From contig NW_003526948.1 of the NCBI RefSeq assembly GCF_000181795.1, positions 2,716,562 to 2,737,305 on the forward strand: a stretch of 20,744 nucleotides of DNA, read 5' to 3'. Both the position numbers and the translations under genes were made by a program. The notes under the pieces were generated by a model. That model ran no database searches. It was not told the DNA's origin and saw only the letters and a program-made list of their open reading frames with translations. Below, in pieces: positions 10,980 to 20,744 of this stretch (positions within the stretch are counted from its first letter, which is position 1; the number at the start of each line of letters is the position of its first letter). The stretch is from Trichinella spiralis. Taxonomy: Eukaryota.

Positions 10980-11400
10980 TTGCATTAAGGCACAAAGGCA
11001 CCTGTTTCTAGCAATGGGTTGAAGAAGATGATTTCTACCTGTAGTGGGAAGAGAATATATTTTCCTGCAATGAACAAAGTATAAATGTTGACAAACATTC
11101 GGCAGTTTGATTATCTGTTTATGTTTTTATAGCTTGGGAATGTCATTCTGTGCTTGTCATTAGCATGAATTTACTAATATACTGGCTGCAATTGATCAAT
11201 GAGCTTTTTCTCTTTATTCCACATTTCTAAGTACACTAAACTGTAGAAGACAACCATAAATGTGCATGCAATTTACAGAACTATTCCTGTGCAAATCACT
11301 TTTATAATTTAGGTGATTGGAAAATCGGTATTACAGATGCATGTTATGGAAATGAAGACGATTGAAATCTGTGACTTAACTAATATGGCTCAAAGTAGTG

Positions 11401-12970
11401 TTCAGATAAGGTTCTTTTAATGAGTTTCATTTGAAATAATTGGAATGTTATGGTGTGCGGCGACTGAGCACCTAAACCATTTTCGCTGGAAAGTACAACG
11501 TACATACCTGAAACAACCGATACGCTTTTTTCTGTATTTTGTTTTTGTTCCTTGAAAATAATTCAGCATCATTTAAAACTCAACGGAAATAGGCTTTATT
11601 TATGTGCGCCGACTGAATATTTATGGCGTTTTCATTTGAAATGAGGCGCCCATCACTGAGACAGATTTGCTTTCTTCTCTTCTTTTATTTATGTTAATTG
11701 AAAGCAATTTATCCTAATTTTTTTCATCCCGCTATTGTTGTGTAGCTTTGTTTCAATCTAAAGTTTCTATGAAAATGAAATATTGAAGCTTATGGAGGCT
11801 ACTATCTTCGTCGTCAGCGATTTTTTACTGATCTCTGATATATGTTTGTTTATATGTGAAATAAACTTTGCTGTTCATTCAAATTCAAGTGAGATTATTT
11901 GTTTTTTACTGTTTTGAGTTGCATCGTAATTACTGTAAAATTACTGGAGATTATATATCGATTCAAAAGTATAATTTACATTTGAAGTATAATTTATCGA
12001 ACGAACAAAATTGATGCTCAGTACTTGATGTAATCTACTGTATACGATAGAATGCTTTAATATTTTGGAGTAGTTGCTTTCCGCATCTGAGCATTTTTCA
12101 TGTCTCATTTGTTGTTGTGAATGACATTAATATTCAATTGTGAAATGAAAGATGATTAAATTTCAATCATTACAGTTAGGAAAAATTGTATTTTTATTTT
12201 TGGCAGTTGGTTTCTAAGGCTAGACTGTGACTACAGGTAAAATTAAGTACCAAAATAGCGCTACATAACTTGTAAAGAATACGAGAAAAGTTATCTGCGA
12301 TAGTATTATGGTTTTAGCTAAAATTGTGACCGTGGTGCAATAAACAAATAAATATTAATCGATTATTGAAATGATCATTGACCTCTTATGGTCATTGTTG
12401 TAGTAAGCGTTCTGCAGTTTTCTTTGATATGCATGTTTGCGATTATGTAAGTTTGCATTTCAAATATCAAAAGTCGCTTTATTTATTGTGAATAATCTTA
12501 ACAAATAATTGATAGCAGAATCATTTTAGATAATGTGGTTCTCTTAATTCCCTTTTTTCACTGAAGCCTATTCTTTGCTTTTACATCATGAATTCTAAAA
12601 ATATTCTAGCTACATCTTCCTAATTGTTGAAAGTTTCGAAAGATGTGATGAGATTGTCTGATTTTGTAAATTTCTCAAAGGGGAAGTTAGATTGCTTTTT
12701 TATCTTTGTCTTTTGTTTTCGTTTTTGTATTTTCCAGATGGTTATGGTTCAGTTATGAAAATTAGCATTTTTTAAACATTATTTTATCAGTAGCAGAGCA
12801 CCTGGTAAGTTGAATACCACAACTAGCAGTGACGTCAGATAACGTTCTCTCAATGAGCTTCATTTGATATAATTGCAGCTTAACAGTGTACGGCTGCTGA
12901 GAGGTTGTGATTACACTGGAAAATTAGACCAGCATCCGTAAGGAAGATTTGTTTTCTAGAAATTTTATTT
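11401..12970. repeat. Degenerate dispersed repeat family (copies at ~11401-11490, ~11598-11675, ~12834-12960)
   Basis: 11401-11469 vs 12834-12902 align without gaps at 52/69 nt. TGTGCG(G/C)CGACTGA is shared by ~11455 and ~11603. AGATTTG(C/T)TTTCT is shared by ~11663 and ~12945. Confidence 0.7.
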
Positions 12971-15611
12971 TCGTTTCTTGAAAATGATTTATTACTATTT
13001 AGTACGACACAAAAACAGATGGTCCCCAATGATGCAAAGATGACCATTTTGATAAGTTGCATTTCTCAAAATTTCTTTGCAATTGCTTGGCAACGTAGCT
13101 GCAAATAGATGCTAAATTTGTATTGTACTAGCCCAACTAAATAATGGTGTGTCTATAATCTTCAAAATTTTGTGTCTAAGCTAAATTGAGATTTGCTGAA
13201 AATATTTTCTTATAAATAAGTAATCCATTATTATAAAAGTATATTATAAATGCGTGATATCTGTTAGACTTCACTATAGTTCGAGTTAATGCTTATTCGA
13301 TTATAAATGTTTTATTTCACATAATAGGGGTTAGGTTAGGAGTTATTTTCATAAACAAATAATAATTCGGCGTTCAGATTTGACGTTGTTATGCTCGATC
13401 GAGCGAAGCTATAAGCGTTGTTTGTTTAATGTGTACAAATTAAGCTTTCTGAAAATAGTCTTATATTACTAACTACAGGCCTGTTTTCTAATCTGATATA
13501 GATGACCGTATTGTCAAATAACGTTCTTGCAAGTGATTATTGAGTTAAGCAACAGATGAGAACCATATTCAATTACTAAAAAATATTCCATTTCTCCATA
13601 TGTTTTCATTTAAGATATGGTTTGCACATTTTCAGAAGTATACGTTTAATTGAAAAGCAGTTATTTACTACATTTTAGAATTCAGTTTTAATTTTGGCAT
13701 CTAATTTACAACTTTTACTTCATGATGAAGTGAACATTTGGTTTAATGTTTAGCATTTTTGTAGATATGAAGAATGACGACAACAAAAAGTGAAGTCACG
13801 AAAGAAGTCTAAAGGTTAGTATAGTTCTCTTTGGGTCATCTTTTTCTAAAATCTAAGATTGTGATACTTTGAAAAGATGAAGTTTTGTTTAGTTAAATTA
13901 ACTTAATGACTATCTTTCATAGTTGAGATTTCTATTAATGCAGTGTTAAGGCTTACTGGCACCAAAATTTATGTATGCAATTTTTTTCATGAATCACACT
14001 ATCTACAGATTTTTATTTGCTAATTTCCGTTTGATTTCATCTTTCATCCAAACATTCATACGTTCAGGACTGCATTTTTTAATTATTTTCAATGGAAATT
14101 TATTTTTATTAATTTTGAAAATATTTTCTTCATTCATTTACATTTGATTTCATGTTTTTTTATTTTTATACTTGTTGTAATTTTCATTATTTGCCAAATA
14201 CTACTTTTCATTCTTCTTTCTTCATTTATATATTTTGGCATTAATTTAAAAGTAAATGAACTAATGATGCATTGCATATGTACTCTTATACACGTAACAT
14301 AACTTATTAATATAATACATGAAAAAGATATTAATAATGAAATGAATATCACCAACCGGCAAGATTACTCCAAGTACTAGTCGCCTGAAATAAATCGTCG
14401 AAATTGGAAAATATTATTTCTTTTTCTGGAAGCTACTTTATTTTTTTTGATTTTTCTGGATGCTTGAAAAATATCTCATTTATTTCTTTTTCCATCTTTT
14501 CTGATTTAATATTTTTTTCTTTTATTTTTTCTTATAATTTTATATTTTATAAATGCAGTTTGAAAAAATTTTTCATCTCTTTTTCCAAGAAGGTAGAAGG
14601 GATAGAAAAGGTGATTAAACTCTCCAATAAATGACATTGTGAAAAAGCAAACATGCACAAAATGGGAGGGAAAATATTTGAAACTGGTAAGAAAATGGAG
14701 AAACCAAATTTCTGTAGGGTGAAGAACCTCCCTTCTCTTAGACAAGGGGAAATGTGAGCTCTTCCCTAGCTCATAAGGCAAGTGGAACGCTCACCACTGG
14801 AGTCGGAAGCGGTGAAAGCTTAGGCTGTGCGCGATAAAAATATGGAATAAATTTCGTTGTTTCACCTGCTTCTGAACTGTGTAAATTTATTATAATAATG
14901 AATATGAGTTACGTATTAGTATAATTACATTTGTTAATGGTACATGATCACTAGCTCGACAATGGATTGTTATAGGATGTTTTCTATAAGCAGCACATTC
15001 TTAACAATGAGAATGTATGTAATGTATGTAAATTACATTATGGAAAACTGAAAATATATCTTCACGACTGAACGATTCGAATTAGAGCAGATGATGTACA
15101 ATCGAAATGTCACGGAAGGTATGTTGTTCAGCTATCAATGTGGTCATGGCTAGGTGGCACCGGCATTTAAGAGTCCAATGCAGACACTTACCGTCTTATG
15201 GAATTTGGCAGCATTGTATTTCTGCTCGTTTTGCGCACAGTTAATATCAACCAGTAGCAGTGTGCCTACGTTCAGCATCACCGTTTAAGGTAATGCAATA
15301 TTGTGTGTTGGCGCTTTTGATCGCCTGTGTTGTTTAATCTGTAATTTTTCCCTCTTTGTATTTCTGTGTACTTTGATTCATTGTATAGAAATAAAGTTTA
15401 TAGGAACTGAATTGACAGTTGTTGTTCTTGGTCAGCGCGACAATTTGTAGGGCAGTAATTCATTTATGAGTGAGTTGCATAAATGGATATGGAGAGTTAT
15501 GGAATACATACAGTCCACCAAAATGAAAATCAGGGGACGAACAGGCAAGAGTTTTATTCACAACAAGTTTTATGAAACTTATAAATAAACAATTCTCTTG
15601 AATATTTTATC

Positions 15612-16750
15612 AACAATTTTTGTAGATAGGATATTCACATGAGACTTTTGATGCTGAATCCATTCAATATCAACTAATTTATCGTTTCTTATGATCAATT
15701 GAATTGAATTTCTGAAATTATTGCTGTTAAATAATCATTATTTGCTGCAAATCAAAACTTAAGCTTTGTAACTGTTTTGTTTGTGGAAAAGCAAACATTT
15801 CATGGAATGCGATCCTAATTGCCATGTTTTGCATGGATGACGCACTGATTGAAAATACATGTGTGGCTATGTGATTGAACTTTCGCTAAGTAATAACGAT
15901 GCAATGGTCATTTGCATAATTAGTATAATATGTAGTCGCTCAGGGTGAAATTACATAACATATGTTAGGAAAACATATATATTCACAACTGATGTCAAAT
16001 CATAGAGCTCGTGCTTTAGAGGTATGCACTAGTAAATACAGAGGAACTTATTCTATGCATGTCATAAACTGCGGCGTATTGTAAAATAATTTTTTGATTA
16101 TAGCAAGCAATCCTGTGCCAATCAAAGGTATGTAAATTTTCACTAACCCGCATATGATGATTTTTTGAGTAATTTGATAAAGTTCTGGGTTTGAGCATAT
16201 GAAAATTATAGAATAAAAGGAATGGCATATTGCATGAAAATAGATTTCCAATATGATTATTTTGGACAATTCTTATCTCTGAATTGCAATTAATCAAAAA
16301 ATATAGTGAACAAAGGTTTTTAATTTTGAAAGTTACTGATTTTAAATAAAAATCAGGAGCAATTCTTATTTAAAAAATTTCCTTTGCTTGGTAAAAACAT
16401 TGATACTCTTGTTTGAAAAATGAATGCAATCATTCCATATTAATCTGACTTTCACATTTCATACCTTTTTATTTCGATACCGTTAAAATCTTATCTCAGT
16501 TTCACTTCTTTTCAAGTAGCTCAAAAATGACGCAATCAGGAGCCATAGAGATTTTTTAAATAATAGTTAGCGAATAATTTTTCACCTATATAAATCAATT
16601 TCTCTAATTTTGGGCGAAGAATGTTTTTCTCGAAAATCGCAAGATTTAATGGGCTATAGACTTGGTTGTTTTTGCGAAAATTGGCGAAAAATTTGTTTTC
16701 CAAATTTGAACTTTTTTTGATGGTTATAGTTTTATATTGATAAAAAAAGT
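15612..16750 (+). repeat. Tandem duplication B, copy 1 (~1.15 kb, apparently non-coding, possibly transposon-derived)
   Basis: Colinear with ~16882-18045, e.g. AATTGAATTTCTGAAATTATTGCTGTT, AAACATTTCATGGAATGCGATCC, GCCAATCAAAGGTATGTAAATTTTCA, AATTCTTATCTCTGAATTG, TTATAGTTTTATATT. Many substitutions and indels. Confidence 0.92.
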
Positions 16751-16881
16751 GTTTTCTGGAGTGTCAACCCAAATTGCCTAATGGATGAGGAATAAGTGGG
16801 CTTTAAATTTGTCAACGGCCTATCATAATGCATAGGGAATTTGACCATCAGTAACTCTCTTTTAACGGTAGCAATGACTGC

Positions 16882-18045
16882 CAATTTTTGCACATGAGAC
16901 ATTTTTGATATCGAGTCTGTTAGATTGCTACTAATTTAAAGTCTTTTACGATCAATTGAATTTAATTGAATTTCTGAAATTATTGCTGTTCAATAATCAT
17001 TAATTGCTGCAAATCAGAACGTATGCTCTGTAACTGTTTTGTATGTTGAAAAGAAAACATTTCATGGAATGCGATCCGAATTGCCATGTTTTTCATTGAT
17101 TACGCATATGATTGATACCACATGTGTGGCTATTTGATTGTACTTTTGCTAATTTGGATGTATAACAACGATGCAATTGCGATTTGCATAATTAGTATAA
17201 TATATATTCGCCCAGGGTGAAACTACATTACGAATGCTAGGAAAATAAATAAATTCAAAACTGATGTCAAACTATTCGGCTCATACATGGTAGTGCTTCG
17301 AATTTTCAGAGGTATCCACCAGTAAATAGAGTGAAAATTATTCCATTCTTCTCAGAAAGAACGGTGAATTACAAAAACATTTGATGATACGTTCAAGCAA
17401 TTTTGCGCCAATCAAAGGTATGTAAATTTTCAATAACCCGCAATCAATGATTTTTTGAGAAATTTCATAGAGTTGCCAGTTTAAGCATTTGAAATTTACA
17501 GAATAAAAAGACTAACATTTTGCACGAAAATAGTTTTCCAATTTGATATTTTTGGATAATTCTTATCTCTGAATTGTAATCAATAACAAAATGCAATGAA
17601 CAAAAATTTTTGATTTTGAAAGTATCTTGTTTGCAAAAATGAAAATCAGGAACAATTCTTATTTAAATAAATTCCTTTTTTCCGGTTAAAACATTGATAG
17701 ACACGTTGGAAAAATTAATGAAACTATTCCATATGCACACACTGATTTAACCTTTATTTTTCATTTTTTTTATTTCGATGTCATTACAATCTTATTTTGG
17801 TTTCACTTTTTTTCACATATCTCAACAAATACGCAATCAAGAGCCGTCAAGATAATTTTATAATAGTTAGCAAATAATCCTCTACCGATGTATATCAATT
17901 GCCTTAATGTTTGGAGCAAAAACTTTTTCTCGAAAATTGCAAATATCTATGGGCAATAGGTTTGATTGTTTTTGCAAAAATCGGTCAAAAATTTTTTTTC
18001 AAAATTTGGACTTTTCCGATTGTTATAGTTTTATATTAATAAATA
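16882..18045 (+). repeat. Tandem duplication B, copy 2
   Basis: Diverged direct repeat of 15612-16750 (roughly three-quarters identical by eye). Confidence 0.92.
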
Positions 18046-18481
18046 ATAAATGTTGTAAGCAATAAAGACAAGTCAGGTACAAATTTTATTTGAACAAGAT
18101 ACTTCTCTTTGCTCGATTATTTAAACATTTGCGATAAATCTACACAAAATCATTTTCCTTGCATACTTATTTACTCTCTAAGTTTTATTTCTCTTCTTTT
18201 CCTTCTTATTTATATCGCATTTATACATATTCATTAAAATAGTCAAATATTTTATAGAAATTTCAACTTATTGTGATTGGCAGATGTTGGCAGTAATGAA
18301 TAACATCGTTATGGATAGTTTCAACGCACTCTGCACAATAATTTCGCTATAAATTGCCTCCAAAGTAACCGCATTGTGCTTATCTTAATATGCAGGAAAG
18401 TTGCCAATCTGTAACTTCCTCGAAAGGCATCTAACATACGTGATTTTCAGCGAACATAGCACTTTTGGCATTTGATTTGGT

Positions 18482-18720
18482 TATGCATTAAAATTCAACA
18501 ACAATGATTATTACCTGATCGTATCCTTACTCCTATGGATTTTCACTATTTACCCAATCACCTCAGCCAGCGCAGAACGAAGCTTAACTGCAGTGAAATA
18601 TCTTAAAAGCTATTTCTGGACTATCATGACAGAAGAACGACTAAACGGATTTGCCGTAATGTGTACATTCATTCTGACTTTTCCATTGATATTGATCTGG
18701 TAATAGAAAAGTTTTTTTTT
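18482..18720 (+). mobile_element. Decayed hAT-superfamily transposase fragment (C-terminal dimerisation domain, ZMYM1/THAP12-like type)
   Basis: Translates YALKFNNNDYYLIVSLLLWIFTIYPITSASAERSLTAVKYLKSYFWTIMTEERLNGFAVM, then after a frameshift YIHSDFSIDIDLVIEKF. This matches the hAT dimerisation consensus (FP...LL.I..TLPVTSASAERSFS.LK.LKTYLRSTM.EERLNGLALL.IH.D..ID.D.VI..F). No upstream ORF or TIR recognised. Confidence 0.88.
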
Positions 18721-20744
18721 CAAACGGAATCAAAACTTGTCGTTCTTTCGAAATACAATTAAAGTTATTACTTGGAAAGTTATTCTATCGCATGATTGCG
18801 ATTATTTCTATCACCATCTATCACCAATTATTTTTAATGATAAAACGGTACTATTTTATTCTTCTTCAGACTGTCATGTATAATAATACATGTACATGAT
18901 AAATCTTTTGTATACTACATCCGCACATCTTTATAAATTAAACGACTCTGTATGTTTTACATTAAATGAAAGAATATAATTTGTTTTTACAAAACAATAA
19001 ACATGCATTTTCGATTTTATTTCTACTCCATAATTAATTTTCTGCTGATAAAGTGTGGTTCGACCGCACAAGATTTTACGAGACATGACATTCTATCTTA
19101 CGGCATCCTCAACATCAGTACATACTACTGATCGTAGCATTTCAAGCATATTCAGATTTTTATGAAAGTGTCAGTTACGCAAGAATCAGGAAATCAAAAA
19201 AAGCAACTAAGAGCAACATTTCCTGCAGCAATTTTATAAAAAATCGACTGACTGAGGCTAGGAGAGAGGAGATAGTAGGGATGGCATGTAGGTGATGGAG
19301 TTGGCAGCTGAAATGGATGTTCGAAGAGGGGAAGGTAGAGAAGAGGTTTTTAGTGTGTAGATGCAATTTATATAAGAATCAAACATTCAAAGTGAACAAA
19401 TAAAACTCGTCATAGTGACAGCCATTCACACCTGGGACTCGGAAATGAGGGACGTATGATAAAGTAGGCAGAATTTTTGCGTAAATAGGTGCAAAATAAG
19501 GAAGCCGTTTAAAGGAAGTGTATTTTAAGCGGCCACTGGAAAATTGTATCTGTTAATCAGGTTGGCCTTTTTGTTAAGCTGACGCGGGAATGTGAAGCTT
19601 GCAGAAAATCATTAGACGTCTCGTTGTGCGCAAACAAGCACAAATGGCAACAATCACTAACGACATTAAAATATATCTGGAATTCAGGCCTGAATCACAA
19701 AGCAAAAAATTAAGTGTATATAAAAATCTGCAAGTATTAATCTAACTGATGATAGCCGGCTTGACTGCACCACAGCTTCAATGTTGACAGTGAAATAAAT
19801 GCAAGTCTCATTTCACATCATTTGTCGTAATTTCAGCAGACAGTTTTATCTTATTAAAGCACACATTACAAAGCGTAAAAAGAAAATAAAGCAGATAAAA
19901 TGAGAAAATATAAAAGCATCTTTTAATATGAAGTAAAAGTATACTTCAAAAATAAAATCACGGAAAAATAATTAATAATTAAAGATACAGTAAGATGCAT
20001 TATTTAAAATGCCAAATTAATGATAAGTAGGTTACTAAGTAATACACAAAGAGAGGAATGCATAGCTATTACTTTATTACGGTGCTGTTCGATAAACGGT
20101 GGCGCAGCGTAACGAAGGTGCAAGTGCAAGATGAAACATTCAGGTGAAAATTTTATATTTTATATATATAATTGAAACTTATTTTCCTGATGTTTTGCTA
20201 TGAATGCAAGTATATTTAAGTATTAGAGCACTTTTCAATTTGAAGATGTGTAAAACTTGAAGTACTTTTTAAAGTATAATATTCTCACTCCACATATAAT
20301 TGAACATTGAAGGTTTTGAACAAATCCATATTTCAATTTTCTATTTTAGTTAATCGTATAGATTTAATTGGAGAAGACGATAAAATTTTCAATTTCCACT
20401 TGCTTATGGCATTCAATTTCATTTTCGACTTACCAGGTCGAATATCACTAAGCGTATAGAGTTATCTATTATCCAGGACAGAAAAATACCGTTTTCATAT
20501 AAAAATCGTTTTCAATTTAATTTTATTATCACTTTATATTATTTTTCTGAATTTTTTTTCAGTTTTGAACCATTAGATAAATCAGAATTTTTATATAGTC
20601 AATTATGCTTGGCATACAGCGCAACTAGTGTGCTCAACCTTCATTATTTTTTGTTGACATTATGTTCTAATTCATATAAGAGCCCCATATCCAACTTACG
20701 TAAGCCGGTGTTTAACGCTACGTGTGCAGTGCGAATCCACCACA

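Noticed and set aside
13327..13341. GGGGTTAGGTTAGG telomere-like motif
   Set aside because: Only two units; expected by chance.
13767..13814. Plus-strand exon-like segment with good acceptor and GTTAGT donor
   Set aside because: Stops in all three frames; cannot be linked to a gene without transcript data.
14134..14781. ORFs 14134-14355, 14404-14634, 14506-14781
   Set aside because: F/I/K-rich translations of low-complexity AT-rich DNA, non-ATG starts.
14758..14782. Minus-strand TGCCTTATGAGCTAGGGAAGA resembling the U12 snRNA 5' end
   Set aside because: Lacks the invariant GTAAGGA branch-pairing motif and the rest of the U12 structure.
16016..16297. Two minus-strand ORFs in duplication B
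   Set aside because: Equivalent frames contain stops in copy 2, and indels between copies are not multiples of three.
19513..19713. Plus-strand open stretch GHWKIV...TRECEACRKSLDVSLC, faintly like a piggyBac Cys-rich tail
   Set aside because: Only three Cys, spacing does not fit, no start codon or transposase core nearby.
20434..20744. Minus-strand GTAAGT donors (~20433, ~20699) hinting at small exons of a gene entering from the right edge
   Set aside because: Translations are short and unrecognisable; needs the adjacent window.
1..20744. Prokaryotic systems (CRISPR arrays, operons, defence islands), tRNA or rRNA genes
   Set aside because: The sequence is spliceosomal-intron-containing nematode DNA; no regularly spaced short repeats, cloverleaf or rRNA motifs were seen.

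Overview
AT-rich, intron-containing eukaryotic DNA from a nematode, most likely Trichinella (judged from the paramyosin N-terminus). Left to right: (1) first coding exon of paramyosin (unc-15 orthologue, minus strand, 866-1012) with an upstream region rich in microsatellites, E-boxes and M-CAT-like sites. (2) A ~2.9 kb tandem duplication (4070-6976 and 8009-10899); each copy carries an intact 8-exon minus-strand gene, assembled by hand from splice sites, for a ~293 aa type-I membrane glycoprotein I do not recognise (signal peptide, N-glycosylated T/P-rich ectodomain, Cys-rich TM helix, short tail). The paralogues are almost identical over exons 1-5 and most introns but differ at ~50-60% of residues in the juxtamembrane and TM exons; this is the most striking signal in the window. 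(3) Nested palindromes at the duplication edge, a degenerate repeat family (11.4-13.0 kb) and a weak SL-RNA-like candidate (15.27 kb). (4) A second, older ~1.15 kb apparently non-coding tandem duplication (15.6-18.05 kb) followed by a decayed hAT transposase dimerisation-domain fragment (18.5-18.7 kb). Gene models are manual predictions without transcript evidence.
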